Notes: generated by a model not told the origin, from the letters alone. A stretch of DNA of 64,000 nt from Patescibacteria group bacterium (GCA_018971045.1 JAGWVF010000005.1:10764-74763); one strand, 5' to 3'; shown: positions 47,155 through 56,044, counted from the first letter of the stretch. Program-made: numbers and translations.

Positions 47155-47456
47155 ATTGCCCGCTTCCGTCCATGACCCGCTCATACGCGGCACTGGATCT
47201 CGAGGTTTACCGAAGGGCTTACACCTCATTCCTATATCCTCTCAATCCTGAATTTTATTCGGGAGCAGCGTTCTTGCGAACGCACCTCCGCTGAAAACGG
47301 GCAAGAAGTTAAATCTCCTCCTCAATCGCGCGCTGCCGCAATCCGTAGACGGCGGCACTCTGGCGAGTCTCAAAGGTGAGACATCCCGCGAGGCTGAACC
47401 GTGATCCAGTCTGCATTAGCAGGATGCAATTACTCTAGCATATAAAAAAACAAAGA

Positions 47457-47486
47457 GCCCTCGCGCTAAAAATTTTGCGCGAGGGC
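47457..47486 (-). terminator. Hairpin/terminator downstream of the DGR target (candidate homing hairpin)
   Basis: GCCCTCGCGC-N10-GCGCGAGGGC followed on the minus strand by TCTTTGTTTTTTT, about 40 bp after the stop. Confidence 0.75.
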
Positions 47487-47526
47487 CCAAGGAATCAAGA
47501 GGAACAAGCCCTCAAGGATTCAAGGT

Positions 47527-48339
47527 TCAGAACTTCCGGGCAGAGGCGACACCCAAGGGCGAGTACCGGTAGTCGACCCAGTAGTCGTAGACGTAGAGCC
47601 CGCTGGCGTCGAAGTAGCCGACGTAGACACGGTAGCCGCCCGAGTCGAGACTGGAAGTGCGAACGTAGATGTCGTCCTCCAGCAGATAGACGTCGTTGAC
47701 GGCCTTGTAGGTCGTGAGACCCCAGGTCACCTCGGCGGCGTTTGGGACGTAGAGCGGCGATTGCACGAGAGCCCGCTGCTCTTCCCAGTTCTTGGACAGC
47801 GAGTCGTTGACCGGCTCCTTGCGGAGCGCCAGCCAGCCCAGCGCGTCGATCTTGTCGTTGCGGGAGAACTTCTCCTTGCCGTCGTCGTACCAGCCCTCGT
47901 CGTCCTGTTCCGGCCCCTTCGAGTAGAAGTAGTCGGCGTGCAGGGCGCGAATGTCGAGCATCGACATCGCCGTGGGCGGACCCGCGACGAGGAACATGCC
48001 GGCGTCGCGGATCGCTTCGAGCGTTGCCTTGTCGGGCAAGCTCTTGCCGAGCGCGATCAACTGATCCTCGGTGTACGTGAGGTCACGCGCCGTCGCGATC
48101 TGGTCGGCAGAAATGAAGTCCTTGCCGAGGATCGAACGGGCTTCGGTATAGTCCGGCAGCTTGGAAGTGAATCGGCTGATGCCGGCCACGATGTAGGCCT
48201 GGAATTCGCCACCGCGCTCGATGAGCCGTTGGATGCCGTCCTTGTCGGGGCTGACTTCCTTGAGCGCGCGATTGCTCGCATCCTCGACGAAGCGGGTGAA
48301 CTGCTTGGACTGGTCGGACGTGATCGATTGCATCGTCAT
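47527..48339 (-). CDS. DGR target protein (C-terminal C-type-lectin-fold-like variable domain)
   Basis: C-terminus is encoded by the VR and ends LGVASARKF; no signal peptide; SD AAAGGA. Confidence 0.9.
   Translation of the reverse strand: MTMQSITSDQSKQFTRFVEDASNRALKEVSPDKDGIQRLIERGGEFQAYIVAGISRFTSKLPDYTEARSILGKDFISADQIATARDLTYTEDQLIALGKSLPDKATLEAIRDAGMFLVAGPPTAMSMLDIRALHADYFYSKGPEQDDEGWYDDGKEKFSRNDKIDALGWLALRKEPVNDSLSKNWEEQRALVQSPLYVPNAAEVTWGLTTYKAVNDVYLLEDDIYVRTSSLDSGGYRVYVGYFDASGLYVYDYWVDYRYSPLGVASARKF
47536..47652 (-). repeat. DGR variable repeat (VR)
   Basis: Aligns to TR at offset 498; diverges just 3' (IMH AAGTTCT vs IMH* CAGTATT). Confidence 0.96.
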
Positions 48340-48487
48340 CGTCGTTTCCTTTCGTTAGTTACTACCCGAAGCGCTCGGGCGGACGACTGTCTCGAAGTGA
48401 GACGAGTATTTTGAAGACCTGGGGAGATCTGCAAAGCACTCGTCTCACTATTTAAACCTTGAATTACAACGTTCTTTTCTAGGTGAT

Positions 48488-48516
48488 ACTTTATCATACT
48501 TGACCAATCTTGTCAA
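48488..48516 (-). promoter_or_regulatory. Sigma70-type promoter of the DGR target gene
   Basis: TTGACA-17 nt-TGaTAAAGT; the 5' UTR holds a 12-bp stem (48396-48449). Confidence 0.55.
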
Positions 48517-48611
48517 CAAAACGCCAGCGGGGCTAATTGCCTTGGAAATGATATTTTCTCAACGGGCACCGCTCAGGCGTTCGCACTCCAGCGATTAAAA
48601 ACTCTAAATCT

Positions 48612-49790
48612 ATGAAAACCAATGTATTGACCCACGAAGGATACCAGGAGCGCCTGAAGAATCTCCGTACGCCGGAGGATGCGGCGGCGTTTGCACAGGA
48701 AATGTTCGCCGCTACGCTCGCAAATCTGTCACGCACGCCAGTTGCGGAGAAAATCGAGAAAGTGGACGCTGCACCTATACCAGCCGAGGAGCAGACGGTA
48801 CGTACCACCAAGCAAGGCCGCCGTCCCACCATTGCGGAACTCGCGAGCAGACAGAACCCCGCAGCGAGCCCGTGGTACGAGGTCGCATCCAACGACAAGG
48901 AAGCGATGGTCATCTCGCTGTACGCGAAAGGCCTCACGACGCGCGACATTGCCACGTACATGAAATCGCATCATGGTGTCGAGCTTTCGCAGCCCGGCGT
49001 CTCGACGATCACCGACAAGGTATTTCCGCTCGTCAAAGAGTGGCAAACCCGTCCGCTCTCGTCTTGCTACCCAGTCATGTATCTCGATGGCATGCATTTC
49101 AAGGTGCGCGATGGAGGTAAAATCGTATCGAAAGTTGCCTACATCGCACTCGGCGTTAATCAGTACGGCATGAAAGAAGTTGTCGGAATCTGGGTCAGCG
49201 ACAGCGAATCGGCAAAATTCTGGATGGGCATTTTGAGCGACATGAAGAATCGCGGCGTGGACGACGTACTCATCGTCTGCGTCGATGGACTCAAGGGATT
49301 CCCCGATGCGATCAAGGCGATCTATCCGCAAGCCGAGGTGCAAGTCTGCATTGTGCACATGATCCGTCATACGGTCATGTTCATACCCCACAAGGATCGC
49401 GAAGCTTTCTGTAAAGATTTGCAACTCGTGTACACCGCTCCTTCGGAGGAGGCCGGGCGTGAAGCACTCAGAGAGGTCAGTGAGCGATGGGGCCAGTACA
49501 AAGCATACCTCAAAAATTGGGAGGATCGCTGGGAAGACCTCGCGCCGTTCTTTAGCTATCCGGCTGCGATCCGCCGCATGATATATACGACGAATGCGAT
49601 TGAGAATCTCAATCGGCAGTTCAGAAAAGTCACTAAGACGACTACCGTGTTCCCACACGACGAGTCGTTAATGAAACTGCTCTGGCTGGCGCAGGCCGAC
49701 ATTACCCAAGGCAAGACGCTTGCCGTGCGTAACTGGAACGAGATCATGGCACAGTTGTCGATAGCGTTTCCAGATCGCGTGCAGTTCTAG
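48612..49790 (+). mobile_element. IS256/Mutator-family DDE transposase with atypical N-terminus
   Basis: LYAKGLTTRDI, YLDGM, CVDGLKGF, QVCIVHMIR and YTTNAIENLN motifs; no terminal inverted repeats seen. Confidence 0.85.
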
Positions 49791-49930
49791 CCAGCAACCG
49801 TAATCATTAATCTACATCGCTGACGGCGCGAGCCGGACGGTGCCCTCGACAATGGCCGCATTGAGCGGCCGTTGTTCGTCTGTTGGTAAGCTCGCTTCGC
49901 AAACTTCCATTTCTAAGCTGGAATGGCACG

Positions 49931-50143
49931 ATGGCTATTCTCTCGCCACAGAGCGCTCGCGAACTTCGACGCATCATCAAGGAATCGACCGGTCGCGATA
50001 TCTCGCTCGGGGAGGCGTACGCCATTTGGCACTACCTCATTAAACTCCTACAGCTACTGTGGCGCATTGAGACGCGCAAAGAAGTACCTCCACCTCCGCA
50101 CCAGCTCAGCCTGTTCAGTAGGATGCCGCGCAAACGCCGCTAG
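49931..50143 (+). CDS. Small hypothetical protein
   Basis: LSPQSARELRRIIKESTGRDISLGEA helical pattern; stop overlaps the TerL stop. Confidence 0.5.
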   Translation: MAILSPQSARELRRIIKESTGRDISLGEAYAIWHYLIKLLQLLWRIETRKEVPPPPHQLSLFSRMPRKRR

Positions 50144-51759
50144 AATATCTTTTTCATGAGCCCTGCTGTAATGCCCTTGTGCCCACTGCGTGGCTCGATG
50201 TACGGATCATAACGGTGACTCGGTCCCTCATCGCTGATATCCACTATATACGGCGACTGGTACTCACCGCTCTTCCCGGGAGTGGGAGGTACGCTGTGTT
50301 GGCTGTGAGAAAACGGCGTGTAGCCGTCGTCAGATTTCCATACCTCGATCACAAGGAGCGAAAGCGCGTCGGCCAAGTCATCGTGGTTCTCGTGTCCGAA
50401 ACCGGTCAGCTGGGCGAGCAGCTCCTCACAGCCAGTCTCGGGAAAGAGCACCGAGCCGTTTTTGATGAGGTGGGATATCATCGCCAAGCGCGAACGCTTG
50501 TCGCCCCTTGAGGGTACGCCGATTGCCGGATACCGCTCCTTTTGGAGCATCTGCGGCAGCGCTTTCTGGTATGCATTGTCCTCGATGAACATCTTCGCCT
50601 TCAGGTTGTTGTATGCATACAGCGAGGAGAGAGCTTTCGCACGCTCAAGGGATGTCGGGAAGTCGAGCCATTCGTTGACCGGATGCGGCATGAGGTAGAT
50701 CTTCGCCTCCTCCCTCCAGCCGAAGACTCGTGCGACGACCATGGCAGTCTTGTCCGCTTTCTCGTGCTCGGCGATTGCTAAGTCCATGCCGATGAAGGAA
50801 CAACGGTACCGGTTCTGCGGGGTGAGTGCAGGCATATCTTTGTAATAGCGTATCCACTCCGGATGAATGACCCGTGTCGAGTCGGAGACGATCTCAAGCA
50901 GGTACTCCTGCCGCCACGCCATCTCGTTGGCGACACTCAATCGCAAGTCTTCGATCTTCTGTGCCGTGTCGAATTTGCCAGGCCAGAGGCACTCACCGCT
51001 TTCATTGAGGAGTGGGAACCAGCAGTACGTGCCCTTAAGCTTCTTCTCATCCATCATGCGTCGCAGCTTCATGACAAGTGCGTCTTCGTGGAGAAGGTTG
51101 CCCACGATGATGGTGCGCGTACCGATGTCGCCGAGTGGGATCACTTCGCGGGTGAACCAGTCGAAGAGCTTGGTGCGGCTCTCGTACGTCCGCGCGGACT
51201 GCATATCCTCGATGTCATCCAGTATCAGCAAGTCCGGTCGGTGCTCATGGTGCCTGATGCCGCGGATTGATTGGTCGACCGACGCAATCATGATGCGTGC
51301 GCCAGTATTTTGGAATACCAAGGACGAGATGGCCCACTCGCCGGTACTCGTATCCTCGCGAAAAGGCCCAAGGTCACTCTTAAGGAGCGTGTTGTGCTCA
51401 AGCTCGTACTTGAGGTTCGACATGTGCTGGCGTGCCTGCGCCTGGGTCTGACAGATAATTAGTACGAACTTCTTCTGTTGCACCCCGAGCGTCGCCCACA
51501 GCGAGTATGAGAATGTTACCAAAGTCGACTTGCCGGAGCCTCTGAAAGCGACAATGCATGCCAGCTTGTTGCTCTGGTCCTCGGTGATGCGAAAGATGTC
51601 TTTTTGGAATTCCGCTATTGGATAGCGGACGTAATGTGGGAAGTAGAGGTGGAAGAACATAGCATGGCTGTCCCGCGCGACTGCTTGCCGCACGAGCCGG
51701 TCTTTGGTAATTGCCTCGAACGATTCCTCGTCGAATCCTGTTGCTACTAGATTGTTCAT
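50140..51759 (-). CDS. Phage terminase large subunit-like
   Basis: Walker A AFRGSGKST, Walker B LLILDDIE, RNase H-type IGMDLA and HDDLADAL. Confidence 0.88.
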   Translation of the reverse strand: MNNLVATGFDEESFEAITKDRLVRQAVARDSHAMFFHLYFPHYVRYPIAEFQKDIFRITEDQSNKLACIVAFRGSGKSTLVTFSYSLWATLGVQQKKFVLIICQTQAQARQHMSNLKYELEHNTLLKSDLGPFREDTSTGEWAISSLVFQNTGARIMIASVDQSIRGIRHHEHRPDLLILDDIEDMQSARTYESRTKLFDWFTREVIPLGDIGTRTIIVGNLLHEDALVMKLRRMMDEKKLKGTYCWFPLLNESGECLWPGKFDTAQKIEDLRLSVANEMAWRQEYLLEIVSDSTRVIHPEWIRYYKDMPALTPQNRYRCSFIGMDLAIAEHEKADKTAMVVARVFGWREEAKIYLMPHPVNEWLDFPTSLERAKALSSLYAYNNLKAKMFIEDNAYQKALPQMLQKERYPAIGVPSRGDKRSRLAMISHLIKNGSVLFPETGCEELLAQLTGFGHENHDDLADALSLLVIEVWKSDDGYTPFSHSQHSVPPTPGKSGEYQSPYIVDISDEGPSHRYDPYIEPRSGHKGITAGLMKKIF

Positions 51760-52148
51760 ATTGATTTTTTAGTTAACTTTTCTGCTAATTCCATCGCCCT
51801 TTTAAAGTTCGCTTTCTGCTCCGGCGACATCTCCTCGATCACCTTGACCGCTCCTTCGAGTTCGATGCGCGCCTTGTACGTCGTATGGTTATGGCGCAAC
51901 CACGTTACGATCGCTGAGATGTTGCGATCCTTGATCGCTCCTATTAACTGACTTTCTGCGAGATCATTCACGAGGAGTCGCCCTTCGAGCATCGCGTCGT
52001 CGACTGCTTTCGAGAATTCCTTGCTCTCGGCCCGCCAGCGGTACAGCGTGACGCGGCTGATGTCGACCTTCTCGCACGCGATCTGAAGGATCGGCGTCTT
52101 GCGCAGCTGCTCAAGGAGCGCTTCTTTTGCTTTGTCGCTTTTCTTCAT
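51756..52148 (-). CDS. Terminase small subunit-like HTH protein
   Basis: IACEKVDISRVTLYRWR HTH, directly upstream of TerL with ATGA overlaps on both sides. Confidence 0.75.
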   Translation of the reverse strand: MKKSDKAKEALLEQLRKTPILQIACEKVDISRVTLYRWRAESKEFSKAVDDAMLEGRLLVNDLAESQLIGAIKDRNISAIVTWLRHNHTTYKARIELEGAVKVIEEMSPEQKANFKRAMELAEKLTKKSI

Positions 52149-52918
52149 ACGCGCTTGGCTTTCTGCCCGGTTATCCGCTCCCACCGGCGTATCGCCGTCC
52201 TGCAATACTCGTAGTCGACCTCTACAGCGAAGCATCGGCGCTTCGTCTGTTCGCAGGCAAGGAGGGTGGTACCGCTTCCGAGGAAGCCATCGAATACCGT
52301 GTCGCCGATTTCGCTGCTGTTGAGGACGAGCCGTCGCACAAGGCCGGTGGGCTTCGTCGTGGGGTGCAGCTTGCTCTTATTCGGTCTTGGGTAGCACAGA
52401 ACCGACTTGTCCTTGGAGCGGTGGAAGTGGTGCGTGCCATACCAGCCGTAGACGATGAGTTCGTGCTGGGGCGCGTAGTCGAGGCGGCCGATGACGGACT
52501 GCTGCTTCACCCACACGAGGAGCTGTGCGATCTTGAATCCGGTGTCCGCCATGGCGTCCCTCAACGACCAGACCATTTTGTCGGCATTGAAGATATACGC
52601 ACTGTTTTTCTTGGCGAGGTACGGCAAGATGGCTGCGAGCCACGCCTTGCTGAACTGACGATACTCGTCGTCTGATTGCAGCTGGTCGTTCGCGATGTCT
52701 CTGTCCTTCGAGAGTGTGCGAAAGTTGCGTTTTGATTCTGCCACCGAAACTCCATATGGGGGATCGCTGCAGATGAGGTCAATCTTCTCTGCGCCAATGA
52801 GTTTCTTGAGGAGCTGTGGATCGCGGCAGTCGCCGTATGCGAGGCGGTGCTCGCCAAGCTGCCAGACGATGCCTGACTTAGGCGAGCTTACGTGCTTTTT
52901 TGCCGGTGAGTTTTTCAT
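52145..52918 (-). CDS. DNA N6/N4 methyltransferase
   Basis: DPPY, HPTTKP and DGFLGSGTT motifs. Confidence 0.92.
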   Translation of the reverse strand: MKNSPAKKHVSSPKSGIVWQLGEHRLAYGDCRDPQLLKKLIGAEKIDLICSDPPYGVSVAESKRNFRTLSKDRDIANDQLQSDDEYRQFSKAWLAAILPYLAKKNSAYIFNADKMVWSLRDAMADTGFKIAQLLVWVKQQSVIGRLDYAPQHELIVYGWYGTHHFHRSKDKSVLCYPRPNKSKLHPTTKPTGLVRRLVLNSSEIGDTVFDGFLGSGTTLLACEQTKRRCFAVEVDYEYCRTAIRRWERITGQKAKRV

Positions 52919-54140
52919 ATCGGTTTTTGATTACTGTTGCGAATATAGGGTCGACCTCACACAGAAATGCCCTGCGCTTCATTTGCTCGCACGCGACCAT
53001 GATGCTCCCAGATCCCGCCGTAAGATCCAAGACCGTATCGCCCACGCGCGTGCACCTGCGCAGTGCTTTTTCGTGTAACGTGGGCGGCTTTTGGGTCGGG
53101 TGTTCGTACTCACTCGCGGGCAAGCGTTTGACGAGCCAGATGTTGAACAAGTCGACAATTTCTTCAATAACGCGTGCACCGCTGCCAACCTCTTTGTTGA
53201 GAACGGTATTGAGATTCTTGAGCTGGTCGTTGATGTATGGAGATCCAATCGTTCCGTATACCGCGAATTCGGTCGCCTTGTTAAACGCTACCTTCGGAGT
53301 CGGCATCGCGTTGTCCTTCACCCATATGCACAGTCTTTTGGAGTCGATACCAAACTCTTGATACAGCTCCTGCAGAAGCCACACCCAGCGCTCGTCGCAC
53401 CAGAAGATATAGTGGGCATCCACTGCGCTCACCGCGATACTATTGGTGATGAGTGATTTCAGGAATGTGCGGTATTCAGTTGGCGATTTATCGTCCTTTT
53501 CGCTGCCACCATACTTTCCATTTTTGCCATCGTATCGGTATTTGATATTGAAGGGAGGGTCAACATCCACGAAATTGATTCGCGTGTCACCAACGAGTTT
53601 TCGCACTAACGCTTCGTCAGTCGCACTCGCACAGAGGAGCCGGTGATCGCCGAGCACGAGCAGATCGCCAGGTTCAACTGTCGGCTTTTTGATCTTTGCG
53701 ATTTCGGCGGCTTCGTCAAACTCATCGTCTTCGATTTCAAGCTGATCATCCCAGAGGTGCGATAAGTCATTTTCACCGAGAAGGTCGAGGAGAAGGCCTT
53801 GGTCGAATTCGCGCAACAGATTGTAGTCCCAGCTCCCGCGCAGCGCGTTGCTGGCGATAAGGTAGCGGTCGAATTCTTTTTTGGTTAGTTTTCTGTTTGG
53901 CACTCGCACGTCAATTTCACTGTCACCCATGCCCATTTCCATCAATGCTTTGTGACGGTGTGCGCCTGCGACGATGGTGCCGTCAATGTCGACCACAATG
54001 ATTTCCGCATACCCGCTCTGTTTCAGACTCCGCTTTAACTTCGAAAACTGCCGCTCGTCATTGACGTTCGGATTATCGTCGCGCGAGACAAGATCTCGCG
54101 CACGACGCTTCTCGTTGTGCCACATTAATTTTTCTGCCAT
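52878..54140 (-). CDS. ParB-like N-terminal domain plus DNA N6/N4 methyltransferase
   Basis: NPN...IIVVDIDGTIVAGAHR (ParBc), DPPF, HPTQKP, DLTAGSGS. Confidence 0.9.
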   Translation of the reverse strand: MAEKLMWHNEKRRARDLVSRDDNPNVNDERQFSKLKRSLKQSGYAEIIVVDIDGTIVAGAHRHKALMEMGMGDSEIDVRVPNRKLTKKEFDRYLIASNALRGSWDYNLLREFDQGLLLDLLGENDLSHLWDDQLEIEDDEFDEAAEIAKIKKPTVEPGDLLVLGDHRLLCASATDEALVRKLVGDTRINFVDVDPPFNIKYRYDGKNGKYGGSEKDDKSPTEYRTFLKSLITNSIAVSAVDAHYIFWCDERWVWLLQELYQEFGIDSKRLCIWVKDNAMPTPKVAFNKATEFAVYGTIGSPYINDQLKNLNTVLNKEVGSGARVIEEIVDLFNIWLVKRLPASEYEHPTQKPPTLHEKALRRCTRVGDTVLDLTAGSGSIMVACEQMKRRAFLCEVDPIFATVIKNRYEKLTGKKARKLA

Positions 54141-54242
54141 AATGATTAGTAATTAAGTGAATAATGCAGTGGTTGAATCTGCACTATCATCACAACAAAA
54201 AACGCAAACTTTCTACACACCCGCTTCGTCTAAAACAACGAA

Positions 54243-54268
54243 AAAACGCCCCGACTTTGGGGCGTTTT
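54243..54268 (-). terminator. Rho-independent terminator
   Basis: AAAACGCCCC-loop-GGGGCGTTTT. Confidence 0.65.
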
Positions 54269-54289
54269 CAAATATTATGCACAGGGTAG

Positions 54290-55051
54290 TTAGCGGGTAG
54301 CGGGATATACACAATAAAACCTGTCGATGCAGTAACCCGAGCCGCGATTGCCTCGGATAAAATTTTCCGGTAGATGCAGGTCACCATCGATTTTTGCATT
54401 GATGGCTTGTACTAAGTTCTGCACCGCTTTCTGCGTGCATCCTAGATACTCCGCAAGGTCTGAGGTCAGCACATATTTTCTGCTCGCAAGGAGCTTTTCG
54501 ACGAGCAGGATGCGCTTGTTATCCTCTTTGTCCGAAAAAATGCATACGAAGCGGCGGCCTTGCACATGGCGATACAGCTCTTTGACTTCGCGGTCGTAGA
54601 ATAAGTCCATCCACATCTCTTGCGGAGCTTTTTGCGCGATAAGCGCGTTGAATTGGTCCTCCGGCAAGCGCATGGTCTGGTGCTCGGAGACCTCCCGTAC
54701 AGTCACGGTTTTTAGCAACTCGTTAAATTGACGAGACTCCATGCGCATCTCGCGCGGCTCATCATGACGCACAAGGACCACGCGCTCCCTGGTGGCAGGA
54801 ATGATGGCAGTTGGCATAAATTCATCCTGCGCTTTAAAGGCTATCGAGCGTGTGACACTTTCTCCGAGGATGGAGACGCGAGACATGGCAGACGCCATCT
54901 CGCTGGAAGCATTGCGGAGCGCATCACTCATAGCTGCTATTTGTTGGCCCGCTGAGTATATAGCGGGGAGGTGTGGTGCGACGGTTGCTGAAAGCCGCTT
55001 TCCGATCTCCTCAGCCTGCTGCTGGTATTGAGCTGGGATTTGCCTTTCCAT
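54290..55051 (-). CDS. Hypothetical protein with C-terminal winged-helix-like domain
   Basis: DLAEYLGCTQKAVQNLV...IRGNRGSGYCI. Confidence 0.6.
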   Translation of the reverse strand: MERQIPAQYQQQAEEIGKRLSATVAPHLPAIYSAGQQIAAMSDALRNASSEMASAMSRVSILGESVTRSIAFKAQDEFMPTAIIPATRERVVLVRHDEPREMRMESRQFNELLKTVTVREVSEHQTMRLPEDQFNALIAQKAPQEMWMDLFYDREVKELYRHVQGRRFVCIFSDKEDNKRILLVEKLLASRKYVLTSDLAEYLGCTQKAVQNLVQAINAKIDGDLHLPENFIRGNRGSGYCIDRFYCVYPATR

Positions 55052-55315
55052 ACCTAGCTATTTTAGCATTTTTCTTGCCACATGGAAAAATGCAACATGC
55101 TCAAAAACGCCCTTTGATGTTACATTTTATATCAATCCGATTTTCAGACCCCTGACTGGGACGCGTCAGTCTGGTAAAATGAAATCTCCCAAGAAACCCT
55201 TACGGTGCCTTACCTCACAAGGTTCCAGACTGGGGTGGGGCACCAGAAGCGCCGCCCGGCCCGTTCCGTGCTGTGGATAACTCGCCGTGGTATACTTAAC
55301 TTATAACGCATCACC

Positions 55316-55558
55316 ATGAACAAAAACATCACCATCTACAGCACGCCGACCTGCCATTTCTGCAATATGACAAAAGAATTCCTGAAGGATAAAGGCATTG
55401 GCTACACTGAGTTTAATGTCGCCCAGGACATCGAGAAACGTCAGGAGATGATACAGCGCTCCGGCCAAATGGGCGTCCCGGTCATTTTCGTCGGCGACGA
55501 GATGATTATCGGCTTTGACAAGGAGAGGCTCGAGTCCTCGCTTGGCATCGCCGCGTAA
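55316..55558 (+). CDS. Glutaredoxin/NrdH-like redoxin
   Basis: YSTPTCHFC, SGQMGVPV and GFD motifs. Confidence 0.92.
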   Translation: MNKNITIYSTPTCHFCNMTKEFLKDKGIGYTEFNVAQDIEKRQEMIQRSGQMGVPVIFVGDEMIIGFDKERLESSLGIAA

Positions 55559-55560
55559 CG

Positions 55561-55632
55561 GCCCCCTTAGTTCAATGGACAGAACGGCTCACTCCTAACG
55601 AGCTGATCCAGGTTCGATTCCTGGAGAGGGCA
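55561..55632 (+). tRNA. tRNA-Arg (CCT)
   Basis: Cloverleaf, loop CT CCT AA, GGTTCGATTCC; one mismatch each in acceptor and anticodon stems. Confidence 0.82.
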
Positions 55633-55674
55633 CCGTGAAGCCGCCAGATCTTTGAGGTGCTAGAATAGTACGAT

Positions 55675-55962
55675 ATGGACCCGGAAATAAAACAGCAGTT
55701 GGCAGAGATACACGCTCTTGCGCGTGAGAATCACCGCCTCTTGCGGGCGGTTCGTCGCCACCAAATGCTCGACACGTGGGGGAAATATATCCTCTGGTTG
55801 CTCTTTATTGTCGGCGCAGTGGGGTGGGTGGTCACCTATCTCGAGCCGCTCGCGGCGAAGTATACTTCAGCGACCGGCACGAGCCCCTCCGGACTCTTCG
55901 GACTCCCGACTTCCGCAGATATTCAAAAGCTGATAAACTCCTATAAAGCCACGCCGCCCTAG
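55675..55962 (+). CDS. Small single-TM hypothetical protein
   Basis: ENHRLLRAVRR followed by a TM; TGCTAGAAT 8 nt before ATG. Confidence 0.7.
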   Translation: MDPEIKQQLAEIHALARENHRLLRAVRRHQMLDTWGKYILWLLFIVGAVGWVVTYLEPLAAKYTSATGTSPSGLFGLPTSADIQKLINSYKATPP

Positions 55963-55971
55963 GCGCTGTGC

Positions 55972-56044
55972 GCTTGGATAGCTCAGTTGGTAGAGCACTT
56001 CCCTGAAGAGGAAGGGGTCGTCGGTTCGAGCCCGACTCCAAGCA
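55972..56044 (+). tRNA. tRNA-Phe (GAA)
   Basis: GCTTGGA/TCCAAGC-A acceptor, CTTCC-CT GAA GA-GGAAG. Confidence 0.95.

Larger units (their letters stand above)
35496..55250. mobile_element. About 20-kb genomic island or defective prophage/satellite downstream of tRNA-Gly (boundaries approximate)
   Basis: Serine recombinase, terminase subunits, MTases, R-M, DGR, IS256-like and Ubl operon lie between backbone genes. No att repeat seen. Confidence 0.7.

Noticed and set aside
46798-47229. 143-aa ORF spanning the TR as a second DGR target gene
   Set aside because: It carries the unmutated Asn-rich template and runs antisense into avd. An open frame is expected because TR mirrors VR. Kept only as a note in the TR-leader finding.
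14005-48516. Apparent TTGACA-N12-TATnnT promoters with short spacing (14005-14028, 29060-29083, 48493-48516)
   Set aside because: Two of the three are explained by a TATG extended -10 with normal 17-bp spacing; one leftover case is not evidence
29044-55280. DnaA-box matches TGTGGATAA at 29044-29052 and 55272-55280 as a replication origin
   Set aside because: Isolated single boxes; no cluster, DUE or dnaA nearby
35460-55316. attL/attR direct repeat of the tRNA-Gly 3' end at the island's right border
   Set aside because: No copy seen by eye near 55050-55316, so the boundaries remain approximate
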